Positions 9,130 to 18,720 of a stretch of 64,000 bases of DNA are shown here, in pieces. The notes under the pieces were generated by a model, which saw nothing but the letters and a program-made list of their open reading frames with translations, was not told the DNA's origin and did not search any database. The position numbers and the translations under genes were made by a program. This DNA comes from Candidatus Omnitrophota bacterium (GTDB lineage Bacteria; Omnitrophota; Gorgyraeia; Gorgyraeales; Gorgyraeaceae): positions 45,778-109,777 of the forward strand of contig JAHJQM010000042.1 of NCBI GenBank assembly GCA_018819285.1, read 5' to 3'. How positions within the stretch are numbered: position 1 is the first letter of the stretch; each line of letters starts with the position of its first letter.

Positions 9130-10665
9130 CTACTTTAACTGTCTTTTGAGTATTTTCCCTGTAGCTGTCCTAGGAAAAGTCTGCTTAAATTCTACAAATT
9201 TAGGAATTTTGAATAAAGCCAGATTTTTTCTTAGATATTTAATAACTTCTGATCCGCTGAGTATTTCATTTTCTTTTAAAACAATAAATGCCTTTGGCAC
9301 CTCTCCTTTAAACTTATCAGCTATGCCCACAACTGCCGCTTCTTTAATCTTAGGGTGCTTTAGCAAAACCTTTTCTATTTCTACTGGATAAACATTAAAG
9401 CCCCGCACATTGATCATGTCCTTTTTTCTATCTACAATATAAATATATCCATCTTCATCGAGCTTGGCTATATCGCCTGTATAAAGCCAATTATCTTTTA
9501 TGACTTCCTTTGTTTCGGCGTCGTTATTAAAATACCCTTTCATTATATTATCTCCCTTAACCAGAAGCTCGCCTATCTCATTACAAGTTAACTGGTTATT
9601 CTTATCATCAATTATTTTTACTTCTACGCCCTCAATAGGCAAGCCCACTGAACCAGGTTTTTTTATTCCACGCACTGGATTTAATGATACCACAGGCGAA
9701 GCTTCTGTTAATCCATACCCTTCCACAAGAGGAACTCTGAATTTATTTTCAAAAGCCTTTAAAACCTCTGTTGGTAATGCCGCTGCGCCTGAAATGCAGA
9801 GTTTAATAGGGTCTATAAGCTTAAGCACTCTGGAAGTAAACATATGAGGTATCTCCATATGAGCTAAGACATTAAATATGGCCGGTATGCCTATAAATAC
9901 AGTGATTTTCTTTTTTATTATATTTCTAATAACTCTACGAAAAGGCCTTATGTGTTCGATTATAGTAATGCTAGCTCCCACTGCAAGCGGCAGAAGAATA
10001 CAGACAGTGAAAGCAAAAGAGTGAAACATAGGTAAGACGCAAATAAAATTATCTTTTTCAGACACATCTATGCTGGATATACAACTCTTAACATTGGAGA
10101 GAAAATTTTTATGAGTGAGCATTGCGCCTTTAGGGTTGCCGGTTGTGCCAGAGGTATAAAGTATGGAGGCAATTTCATCTGGTTTTATCAAAACATCTTC
10201 TTTTTTTATAATACTCCTCTCTATCATTTCATAAAAATTAAAAGTATTGGGGGCTAAACCATCTATAATAACAGTATATTTCAAATCGGAAGACTTCATC
10301 TTCGCTGAATTTATAATATCTAAATTTGTAACTGAGCCTATAATAAGCTTTGCGCCGGAATCCTTTAAAATAAATCCAAGCTCCTCCTCCTTTAGCATAT
10401 TATTTATAGGCACGCAGATTGCCTCTATGTTAATAATGGCAAAATAACTGACTATAAATTCCGGGGTATTATGTAAAAATAATGCTACCCTATCTTTCTT
10501 TTTAATACCTAGATTTTTCAGGCCTTGTCCCAACCTGCTGGCTGTATGGTATAATTCCTTATAACTAATCTTTTTATCTAAAAAAAATAAAGCGGTTTTA
10601 TCTGAAAATCTCTCTGCGCTTTTTTCGAACATCATTGTCAAATTTTCAGTTAATCTATCTCTCAT
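9130..10665 (-). CDS. fadD: long-chain fatty-acid--CoA ligase (AMP-binding family)
   Basis: YTSGTTGNPKG, LPMFHSF, EGYGLTEASP, WLYTGDIA, PRTATGKI. Confidence 0.88.
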   Translation of the reverse strand: MRDRLTENLTMMFEKSAERFSDKTALFFLDKKISYKELYHTASRLGQGLKNLGIKKKDRVALFLHNTPEFIVSYFAIINIEAICVPINNMLKEEELGFILKDSGAKLIIGSVTNLDIINSAKMKSSDLKYTVIIDGLAPNTFNFYEMIERSIIKKEDVLIKPDEIASILYTSGTTGNPKGAMLTHKNFLSNVKSCISSIDVSEKDNFICVLPMFHSFAFTVCILLPLAVGASITIIEHIRPFRRVIRNIIKKKITVFIGIPAIFNVLAHMEIPHMFTSRVLKLIDPIKLCISGAAALPTEVLKAFENKFRVPLVEGYGLTEASPVVSLNPVRGIKKPGSVGLPIEGVEVKIIDDKNNQLTCNEIGELLVKGDNIMKGYFNNDAETKEVIKDNWLYTGDIAKLDEDGYIYIVDRKKDMINVRGFNVYPVEIEKVLLKHPKIKEAAVVGIADKFKGEVPKAFIVLKENEILSGSEVIKYLRKNLALFKIPKFVEFKQTFPRTATGKILKRQLK

Positions 10666-12424
10666 GTTTTTTATACTGCAGTTTACGCTTGGGAAAGATA
10701 TGGCTGCTTAACTTATTTATGGCCAAAAAGATTACGCCAATTGATAATAGAATAAGTAGAATTGCAGTGATGGTCAGCGGATAATTATGTTCTGGCATGT
10801 ACTGTTTGGTCAACATCTCCCAAAGCGAATAAAGGGTAGTTATCATCATGAATATAGCCGGTAAAATAGTAAAAGAGCTGGCCTTTTTGCGCTTGGCCAG
10901 CCATACAGAGACTACAATTAAGCTCAATACTGCCAGAAGCTGGTTTGCCGAACCGAAAATCGGCCAGATTTGCTTGAAGGTGTTAGAATAGCATAAAAGC
11001 AGCATAAGCCCGGCAGATAGAGAAGCATTAAATATATACGACTTAAATATCTTAGGTGGTTTTATCATTATAATCGCCCAGAGTTCTTCGAATAAATAAC
11101 GATTAAGCCTTATTGCTGTATCCAGCGTAGTGATTATAAACCCTTCTATCATTAAAATCCCAAAAACCGTTCCTCCGGCTACTGGAAAGCCTAGAGATTT
11201 ATTCAGCAATGTGCCCATTGCTAATGAAAATGCCAGGACAGGATTGCCTGTTGCGCCTTTCGCTATAGGATTGACAATGCTATTGTAAGTGGCGAAATCC
11301 AATCCGCCTGCCACTGTCAATATTACCAACACAGCCAGAATTGATTCCAGCACCATCCCGCCGTAACCCACTCTTTTGGCGTCAGATTCTCTGGATATCT
11401 GCTTGGAAATAGTCCCTCCTACAACCAGAGTATGAAATCCTGATATCGCGCCGCAGGCAACAGTAATGAAAAGAAACGGCCATATTGGCCCTAGAATATT
11501 CACGCCATTAGCAATATTAAAAGCCGGCGCCTGAAGCTTCACTCCAAGTATGCCCCCGGCGATTATTCCTACAAACAAAAAACAAATCCCAAAATAAAGC
11601 AGGAAGGAATTAATGAAATCCCGCGGCTGTAAAAGTATCCATACCGGAACACCGGCTGTTATAATCACGTAAAAGGTAAGTAATATCATCCATACCTGAG
11701 GGTTAAGCGTCACTGGAAAAACCACTCCCATGATTATGGAAAGTATGCCAATGATTAAAGCAAAAAGCCCTATCAATGCGACATTGCGCTGTTTTTTATA
11801 AAGAAAGAATCCTATCAATGGGGCGCATAAGGTCATTATAATTACTGAGGTGGAAGCAATGCCGCCGATACGAGCTTTGAGTATACCGTCGGAATCAATT
11901 ATTGTTTTTAGTATAGTTTCTCCAGGCGCGACTTTCATTGATTCCAAAGGCACTAGCGATGTCAGGGATATGACAGTCAGGCGCAAGAAAGCAGAGGTGA
12001 CATAAATAAGCATTATAATGGTAAATGAAATAAGCAGAAAAAAACCGAATCTACCTAAGGTGCGGTCAGCTACCTCTGCAATGGAATGGCCTTTTTCCCG
12101 GATGCTTACGAAAAGAGCGGTATAATCCTGGACCGCTCCGATAAATACAGTTCCTAAAACAACCCATAACCATATTGGCGCATAACCAAATATAAGGGCA
12201 ACTGTCGGTCCAATAATCGGGCCTGCTCCTGCTATTGAGGCAAAATGATGAGAAAAAACCACTCCTAGTTTAGTGGGGACGTAGTCCACGCCGTCTTTCA
12301 TGGTAATAGCCGGGGTATGGGTCAAATCATTTTCCTCAAATACCCGAGAGATGAATCCGCCGTAAAATCGGTATGCCAGGAAATAGATAGGTAGGGAAAA
12401 TATAAGTAATAACCCTATATTCAT
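10655..12424 (-). CDS. cstA: carbon starvation protein A family transporter
   Basis: DGVDYVP, HHFASIAGAGPIIGP, PVWILLQPRD, ACGAISGFH, IWPIFGSANQLLA. Confidence 0.93.
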   Translation of the reverse strand: MNIGLLLIFSLPIYFLAYRFYGGFISRVFEENDLTHTPAITMKDGVDYVPTKLGVVFSHHFASIAGAGPIIGPTVALIFGYAPIWLWVVLGTVFIGAVQDYTALFVSIREKGHSIAEVADRTLGRFGFFLLISFTIIMLIYVTSAFLRLTVISLTSLVPLESMKVAPGETILKTIIDSDGILKARIGGIASTSVIIMTLCAPLIGFFLYKKQRNVALIGLFALIIGILSIIMGVVFPVTLNPQVWMILLTFYVIITAGVPVWILLQPRDFINSFLLYFGICFLFVGIIAGGILGVKLQAPAFNIANGVNILGPIWPFLFITVACGAISGFHTLVVGGTISKQISRESDAKRVGYGGMVLESILAVLVILTVAGGLDFATYNSIVNPIAKGATGNPVLAFSLAMGTLLNKSLGFPVAGGTVFGILMIEGFIITTLDTAIRLNRYLFEELWAIIMIKPPKIFKSYIFNASLSAGLMLLLCYSNTFKQIWPIFGSANQLLAVLSLIVVSVWLAKRKKASSFTILPAIFMMITTLYSLWEMLTKQYMPEHNYPLTITAILLILLSIGVIFLAINKLSSHIFPKRKLQYKKHER

Positions 12425-12462
12425 AACGTATCGTCAACTCCTAATATCCTTCAATTAAATAA

Positions 12463-12491
12463 ATTTTACTTTAGGGCTAATCAAGAGTCAA
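12463..12491 (-). promoter_or_regulatory. sigma70-type promoter of cstA-fadD
   Basis: Minus strand TTGACT-17 nt-TAAAAT. Confidence 0.6.
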
Positions 12492-12546
12492 GGATATTTA
12501 TCCAAACTGGTGTATTATTTGAATAATTGGGTAACACATGTTTCAA

Positions 12547-12867
12547 TTGCCAGTCCTGGCAGGCCTTCGAAAAGACGCCCGTCCGCCTCAGCGTGGCGGA
12601 CTTTGCTCCGCGCCGATTCTCGCTCGTCCTGTCCAGGCAGGTCTGAGGCACATTAGAAACGTTTCGGCATCTACGGTAGCTTGCGTATAGGTGCGCAAGG
12701 ATTTACAGCGAGTTTCGGTCGATTGACAATACGATAGTCGGCAGAGAAACGAGCTGTAAACCGTAGCGCACGGCGAAACCAGTTTCAGTGCCGAACAGCC
12801 TACCTGGACAGGACACCCTGCCCGCTCTAATCGGCGAGGCTTTTCTCAGACCTGCCAGGACTGGCAA
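12547..12867. other. GC-rich nested inverted-repeat element (structured ncRNA or MITE-like element)
   Basis: 17-bp perfect terminal inverted repeat (12547-12563/12851-12867) enclosing at least seven further nested stems; no credible ORF. Confidence 0.75.
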
Positions 12868-12952
12868 AAACCTATAAGTATTACCTGACATTGAAAGTAT
12901 TACAATTTATCCAAACCGGTAGGCACAGTATTATTTACATATTCTTGCTCTT

Positions 12953-12996
12953 AAAAAAAATAAGGCCCGACGTTGTGCTATAGCCGGGCCTTATTT
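12953..12996 (-). terminator. intrinsic terminator of the cold-shock gene
   Basis: Stem AAATAAGGCCCG/CGGGCCTTATTT followed by a T run on the minus strand. Confidence 0.8.
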
Positions 12997-13005
12997 GCAT
13001 CTAAG

Positions 13006-13209
13006 TTATATCTTTACTACGTTTGTTGCTTGAGGTCCCTTGGGTCCCTCTCCGATTTCAAATTCAACTGCCTGTCCTTCGCTCAAAGATTTAAAACCTT
13101 CGCCTTGAATCGCATTATGGTGAACAAAACAATCTTTGCTTCCATCATCAGGTGTAATAAACCCATAACCTTTTTGGTCGTTGAACCACTTAACTTTTCC
13201 TTTTGCCAT
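13006..13209 (-). CDS. cspA: cold-shock protein (CspA family)
   Basis: [16 protein letters not shown] (RNP1), CFVHHNAI (RNP2), [10 protein letters not shown]. Confidence 0.96.
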   Translation of the reverse strand: MAKGKVKWFNDQKGYGFITPDDGSKDCFVHHNAIQGEGFKSLSEGQAVEFEIGEGPKGPQATNVVKI

Positions 13210-13328
13210 TGTCCGCTACCTCCTTCCAATAAAATTTTAGCAAATAATGGCAGAAAGAAAAATCGCAAGGCGAATTCTATTTTACCTTGCGGCTATAAAC
13301 TTCTACTCACCTATTTACTATTGGGTTT

Positions 13329-13357
13329 AGTATACCTTAATTCTCTCCTGTTGTCAA
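13329..13357 (-). promoter_or_regulatory. sigma70-type promoter of csp, giving a ~110-nt 5' UTR containing a hairpin (13264-13291)
   Basis: Minus strand TTGACA-17 nt-TATACT; UTR stem CGCAAGG/CCTTGCG. Confidence 0.75.
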
Positions 13358-13424
13358 TAAAAATATATTAAAATCGAGAGGCTTGTTCAGAAAAGGCTTC
13401 TAATATCTGAACGGATTCTCTTTT

Positions 13425-16400
13425 CTAGATATCATCCCTATAATCTCTTTTGATGTCTTGTATTGTCGCTGGACTAAGGTCGTATTCTATGAGGTCCTTA
13501 CTTTTAGCTATCTCCGCAGCTTCAAGGTGCATTTTGAGATCCAGGCTGGCATTGCGATAGTTAATTAAAGATGCCGGCATACGATCCAGACCCATGAGTT
13601 TTCTGAATTTATTATAAGTTTTGCCGACTACGGAGCGATCCATAGAAAGCTTACGTCCGATTTCTCTATTTGATAATCCTTGGATCTTATAGCTAAGAAT
13701 CCTGCTTCCATTTACAATAGTTTTCAGCAACCTGACATCAGCTTTTTCGACAAGACCCATTTCATCAGCTATCCCAACAACATAAAGACATTGCTCGAGT
13801 CTAGCAGCGTAACCCTCATCTTTCACAGGATACAACCCCAGCTTTCTTATAGCGCTAATGTAAAATTTCGCATTAAGAGCCTCAGTCACGCCTTTCTCTA
13901 ATAACAGTTTAGGCACACTAGCCAGTGTTTTTTTTTCTCTCGGATTGAGTTGAGGCAAGCCTAGAAATCGCCTTAACAGAGCAAAATCAACATTGACCAC
14001 TCCGTTTTCTCTAGCCTGATTTAATTCATCCGAGCTAGTATAAGTATAGATCAAAGCCCTTTTAAATGTTCTGTGAATATCTTCTTGCCTGTATTTAAAA
14101 TCTGTCTGTTCGCGTAGAGCCCTTGCCCATATGACAAAAAAGTACAGGAATTCACTGCCTTTTGTTTTCCTGATTTTTCCATGTTCTGATTTATAAATAA
14201 GGGCTCTACCCACGACATCTTCATAGCTGTGGCCTATTCTGTTATTTCTCCACGCTTCAATTAATCTATCCGCTTCCATCTCTACATCAACACTCTTTGC
14301 TCCAAATTTAACCGCTTCTGTCAATATCTCTGCTAATATTGAATTTTCATCCGGGATCTTTCTTTGCCAGAACGTATCCAATTTTTCGAGCGCAATTAAC
14401 ATATCAAGGTCTAACATTGCCTCGCAAGCGCTAATAAGTAATCTCTGTTCCCTGGCATCGGCCGGATAGTAGGATTCATGACTTTCGCTTAATTTACCAA
14501 ATTCTATTTTCTCTGACCATGGCTTGCCGTTCTGGTTAACAACCCTGTCTTTTTCATCTATAATTGTGGCACTGACAGGCTCTCTGTATAGAAAACGGAC
14601 CTTAACAAGCAGGCCTGCGGCTTTATTACGTGGCTCAAAGTATGCTAGATACTTGCCAAGTATAAACAGATTTGCTTGCTGACTAAGCCTTAGCCAGAAA
14701 AGATAACTATCCGCAGACCCATCCAATACATCAAGATTGACTTCAGACCATAGGTAACGGGCATCCTCTTTATCGCCTTCGGCCTGACCTATCCACCTGC
14801 CTGTAATATTATCGAAAACAGCATATCTAAATCCTCTTTCTCTTGTCTTTTCATCCAAATCCCTTTCTCGTATAGGATACAATCTAGCCACCTGCCTTCT
14901 TACATACCACTGATGCCTCTCTGAAGCAGGCCTTATATCAAGCGTAAGGGGATTACCCAGATAGTTCACAATAGGATTGCCTCTATAATCCAGGGTAGGC
15001 TTTCCGTCTTCATCCACAAATCGCATCCTCGACATATAATAGTCTGCGTGCGTATTTTTCCGTGCAGTTGTCCAATCAAATTCTGCTTCAAACCTTGCTC
15101 CTTGCAGCCTTTTATCTTCAAGCGTAACCCACTTCTTGGGCATTTTTTGCTTGGAGCTAGGTGTTGTATTTAGCCCTAAGGACACAGTTCCGTCTTTCTT
15201 GCTTACATAGACCTTCTCTCCACTTACTAAAATCCTGCGCCCCTCGAATATCATCATCCTGCTCCAGCTTAACCTATTGCAAGAACCTGCAAGTTTCAAT
15301 TCGCCATTGTCTTCGATAATATATATAAGAAGCGGTTTTATTACCTTAATTATTCTCCCGTCTTTTACAATCCTGACCTGCGTTACCTGCCCCTGGACAA
15401 CATCAAACTCTATTTCCGAGCCTTTGTGCTCTCCTAAATTTAATCTGTGCTTTCCGCCTATATGAAGTTTACTCGACGCTGGGAAATGACCTATGGTAAC
15501 CCTGTCTAACTTTGAAAAATCCTCTCCGGATATTCCCTTCGCCTGGTCAAAATAAGTAACATCCCCTGTATCCCAGTGATAAATAAAAGCCTTGTTATCC
15601 TTCCGTTTGTCAGATGTGGTGTATTCAATCAATTTTTCGGAACGGATAAGTAGTTGTAAATACCCAAGATACCCGGCCTTCTCATCCATCTCTCTTCCGT
15701 ATTTTTTAATAAAACCAATGTATTGTTCAGTATGGCTGGCATCAAGGGAAGTTATTGTATTTTTAACACAGTCTTCAGCAAGGGCCTGTTCTGTGGCCTC
15801 ATCTCCCTTAACCCCTCTTTCATGGGCAAGTTCCTCTGAGAGAATAGAGGTTATAAGCTCGGTTATGAAGCCTAAGTCTTCGTTATTTTGTATCATGGCC
15901 TCGATATCAGAAGCATTGAGTATGATAAGGTTATTCTTACGGTGGTCTCCTGCTATATAGTCATATTTATCAGCAAGGACTATTGTTATGTTTTTGGCTA
16001 AGTTTCCTTCATAAAGAGATTTGGAACGGGAAATGGCATTTACAAGGTTGTCTTTTATATATTGGATTAATCTTGTTCTTTCTTTTCCTCTTGTAGGTCC
16101 TCTTATGGTAAAGGTTATATTGGCGTCTCTACCTGCAGGAGATATTGCTGCCAGTAAAGGCAGGGCGTTGAGCCTATTGTCTATACCAGTGATGTTATAT
16201 TCTTCGTTATCCATTGCAAATACATCTGTCCTTCCTTCTTTTGTATGGCTGTTGAGCTTGGAGAAAAGGGAGAAGTGGGTTGAAATCGGTTTCGAGTTAG
16301 GTTTGTTATATTGTCTTAGATAGTAAGTTCCTTTAAAAATACTAAAATGCAGTATCCTGTTGATAATACTGCCGAAGATAAGATAGGTTTCTATCAAGCG

Positions 16401-17303
16401 CCTGCCTATTTTGTTAGAATTTTTTTTCAAGCGGACCACTAGCATTTCAGGCATATTAAAAAACTGTAATATCTTATATAGCAGGAGTGCTGTAATTTTA
16501 ATAAAGAATTGACCTGAGATGAGGACTCCGAAATATAAAGCGGCAGGAACTGAAATAAAACTGGATACTGGTTTTCCATAAACAATAACTCCATTCCCTC
16601 TCGCGCCTATATCAATATTCAATTTACCTATAAGATAAATAACAATAGACTTGAGAGAATTTAATAGAGGGCGCGTACCTAATATCACAGTTTCTACAGG
16701 GACATCTAGGCCTTCAACATGCAGAGCTTCAAACGTAGCTCCAGGGCCAGATAAATGCACAACAACATCCACATCTAAAGCTTCTGTTTTATTTCTATGC
16801 CATAGATACGATCCATGAATAATTATAGATTCAACGATGCTCCTCTCGGGGAGATTTCCTGATTGCCTCAATTCCTCCATTCTCAAAAGTATCCTCTGAA
16901 CTACAGGTTTCAGGTAATTTAGCCTATTGGATATTTCGGCCCTGCTGATATCATCATTACGAATAATATTCCAATACCAGTTGGAATTAGGTACTGCCTG
17001 CAAAATAGTATCGATATTTTGATATCTAATATCAACGATTTCTTTATCTGACAGATTTAGCGCTAGAGGCAAGGATTCGTTCATGCCCCTGCTTTCCTTA
17101 TCTTCTTTTAAGCCGCTGGATTGCGCTGCGCTTAAACTTTCCGATAATCTCTCCCGTCCATCTTTACTGTTAGAAATAAGTTGAGGCCTCAGATTGGTTT
17201 TTTTGGGTAGTTCTATGCCATAGCATGTACTTGTAACAGTAAAAGTTATAAGTACAATTGTTGCTATTATCCTTATGATAAAAAGTTTTTTAAAGTTTAA
17301 CAT
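13425..17303 (-). CDS. large mosaic exported hypothetical protein (nucleotidyltransferase-like, zincin-like and C-terminal HTH-like motifs)
   Basis: 1292-aa ORF with signal-like N-terminus; IIIHGSYLW...LDVDVVV; LSEELAHERG; GLSNREIGRKLSMDRSVVGK. Confidence 0.7.
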   Translation of the reverse strand: MLNFKKLFIIRIIATIVLITFTVTSTCYGIELPKKTNLRPQLISNSKDGRERLSESLSAAQSSGLKEDKESRGMNESLPLALNLSDKEIVDIRYQNIDTILQAVPNSNWYWNIIRNDDISRAEISNRLNYLKPVVQRILLRMEELRQSGNLPERSIVESIIIHGSYLWHRNKTEALDVDVVVHLSGPGATFEALHVEGLDVPVETVILGTRPLLNSLKSIVIYLIGKLNIDIGARGNGVIVYGKPVSSFISVPAALYFGVLISGQFFIKITALLLYKILQFFNMPEMLVVRLKKNSNKIGRRLIETYLIFGSIINRILHFSIFKGTYYLRQYNKPNSKPISTHFSLFSKLNSHTKEGRTDVFAMDNEEYNITGIDNRLNALPLLAAISPAGRDANITFTIRGPTRGKERTRLIQYIKDNLVNAISRSKSLYEGNLAKNITIVLADKYDYIAGDHRKNNLIILNASDIEAMIQNNEDLGFITELITSILSEELAHERGVKGDEATEQALAEDCVKNTITSLDASHTEQYIGFIKKYGREMDEKAGYLGYLQLLIRSEKLIEYTTSDKRKDNKAFIYHWDTGDVTYFDQAKGISGEDFSKLDRVTIGHFPASSKLHIGGKHRLNLGEHKGSEIEFDVVQGQVTQVRIVKDGRIIKVIKPLLIYIIEDNGELKLAGSCNRLSWSRMMIFEGRRILVSGEKVYVSKKDGTVSLGLNTTPSSKQKMPKKWVTLEDKRLQGARFEAEFDWTTARKNTHADYYMSRMRFVDEDGKPTLDYRGNPIVNYLGNPLTLDIRPASERHQWYVRRQVARLYPIRERDLDEKTRERGFRYAVFDNITGRWIGQAEGDKEDARYLWSEVNLDVLDGSADSYLFWLRLSQQANLFILGKYLAYFEPRNKAAGLLVKVRFLYREPVSATIIDEKDRVVNQNGKPWSEKIEFGKLSESHESYYPADAREQRLLISACEAMLDLDMLIALEKLDTFWQRKIPDENSILAEILTEAVKFGAKSVDVEMEADRLIEAWRNNRIGHSYEDVVGRALIYKSEHGKIRKTKGSEFLYFFVIWARALREQTDFKYRQEDIHRTFKRALIYTYTSSDELNQARENGVVNVDFALLRRFLGLPQLNPREKKTLASVPKLLLEKGVTEALNAKFYISAIRKLGLYPVKDEGYAARLEQCLYVVGIADEMGLVEKADVRLLKTIVNGSRILSYKIQGLSNREIGRKLSMDRSVVGKTYNKFRKLMGLDRMPASLINYRNASLDLKMHLEAAEIAKSKDLIEYDLSPATIQDIKRDYRDDI

Positions 17304-17346
17304 AATGCAGATAAAAAAATAGCCTTCCCTCTGGCTCTACTTAACC

Positions 17347-17433
17347 TATCTTAATATAAAATAAGATAAATACACTGACTATATCACATATATAGTTCTT
17401 ATATATTATACCCTATAAGGTTAGGCTTTTCAA
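17347..17433 (-). promoter_or_regulatory. promoter and palindromic site upstream of the large gene
   Basis: Minus strand TTGAAA-17 nt-TATAAT (17433-17405); TATCTTA-N8-TAAGATA at 17347-17368 in the leader. Confidence 0.5.
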
Positions 17434-17482
17434 ATAAATTCTCAGTTTGGCGCAGTTTCAGTGTATTTAAATTTTGGTAAGC

Positions 17483-18361
17483 CTAGCTTGCTTTATTTTT
17501 ATGTTCTTCTTTCTTCAGTGGCAATATTCCCGCCATTTCGCCGATCACGTTCACTAATTCCGTATTCGCCGGAATCACAATCTTCGCGTTATTGGCTAAA
17601 GATTTCTCCACTGCCTCGAGTTTACGCAATACCTGGGCATTGCCTATAAAATATTTTTCCGCTGCTTCATTTAACAGGCGAATCGCCTCTGCTTCGCCTT
17701 CTGCTTCCAGAATTCTAGCCTGCCTGAAACCTTCCGCTTTTTTAATCTCCGCTCTTTTCTGGCCGTCAGCTGCTGTTTCCGTGGCAGTAGCAAAATCCAC
17801 TGCCGCGATCTTTTCATTTTCAGCCTTAACCACCTTGTTCATTGTTTCCTGCACATCTTTCGGCGGATCAATCTCTTTTAATTCTGTGCGCACAATTTCA
17901 ATGCCCCAGCTCGAAGTCTCCTCCATTAAAGTTTTATGCAGCTCCGCATTAATTTTCCCACGCTCGCTATTTGCGGATTTTAAAGTCATGGTGCCTATAA
18001 TATTCCTCAGGGTAGTCCTGGCCAGGTTCACAATCTGATATTGGTAATTAAAAACATTATACTGGCAGCTTTTTACGCTTTCCTGATCTGCCTTCACTTT
18101 AAAATAAACCTGGGCGTCCACCTTGGCGTTAAGATTATCATTAGTGATAATCTCCTGAGGCTCGGCATCCACCATTTTTTCGGTGATATTTATCTGGTAC
18201 ATCTTATCTATGCCTGGGATAATCCAGTTAAAACCGGCGTTAGCAAAAGTGCGATATTTTCCTAATCTCTCAATTAAACCGCGATGAGTAGGCCTGACAA
18301 TCCTTATCCCTGTAAAAAATATCATAATTACAGCCATCCCAAGTAAATAAAGAATATTCAT
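17483..18361 (-). CDS. SPFH/band 7 (stomatin/QmcA-like) protein
   Basis: [41 protein letters not shown]. Confidence 0.92.
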   Translation of the reverse strand: MNILYLLGMAVIMIFFTGIRIVRPTHRGLIERLGKYRTFANAGFNWIIPGIDKMYQINITEKMVDAEPQEIITNDNLNAKVDAQVYFKVKADQESVKSCQYNVFNYQYQIVNLARTTLRNIIGTMTLKSANSERGKINAELHKTLMEETSSWGIEIVRTELKEIDPPKDVQETMNKVVKAENEKIAAVDFATATETAADGQKRAEIKKAEGFRQARILEAEGEAEAIRLLNEAAEKYFIGNAQVLRKLEAVEKSLANNAKIVIPANTELVNVIGEMAGILPLKKEEHKNKAS

Positions 18362-18720
18362 TTTGCTCCTCCTTCTACTTCATTATTCTCTTGTGATTCC
18401 TCTGTCTCTTTTTCTTCCTGTGATTTCTTTATTTTCTCTATATATTTCTCCGGATATTTTTTAAATTCATCTATGCACATCGGACAGCAGAAATTATAGA
18501 TCTTGCCTTCATACTCGTAAGTCGCCTTCGCCTCTTCCTTGATCTCCTCTCCTGAAACAGGGCAAATATTATTGTCTACGTCTACCAGGTTTTTCTGCTC
18601 ATTCTGCATATCGCCTTTTTGCATCATTCCGTGGTCATATCCTGCATGCTCAGATTCTGCAAATACGAACGGAGACATGAAAAATATCGCTGCCGCTAAA
18701 GCCATAACTATTCTTTTCAT
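18358..18720 (-). CDS. exported YHS-domain metal-binding protein
   Basis: Signal peptide, His/Met stretch [17 protein letters not shown]...[19 protein letters not shown]. Confidence 0.85.
   Translation of the reverse strand: MKRIVMALAAAIFFMSPFVFAESEHAGYDHGMMQKGDMQNEQKNLVDVDNNICPVSGEEIKEEAKATYEYEGKIYNFCCPMCIDEFKKYPEKYIEKIKKSQEEKETEESQENNEVEGGAK

Noticed and set aside
12547-12867. Element considered as RNase P, SRP, tmRNA, 6S, hammerhead or group II intron
   Set aside because: Only fragmentary resemblance (minus-strand GAGCAAAGTCC and GTGCG); the conserved cores, order or length do not fit.
12703-12891. 62-aa ORF over the palindromic element
   Set aside because: No SD, no recognisable motif; better explained as a by-product of the GC-rich palindrome.
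12870-12898. ATTGAAAG ending resembling a CRISPR repeat 3' end
   Set aside because: Single occurrence, no repeat-spacer periodicity, and no cas genes in the window.
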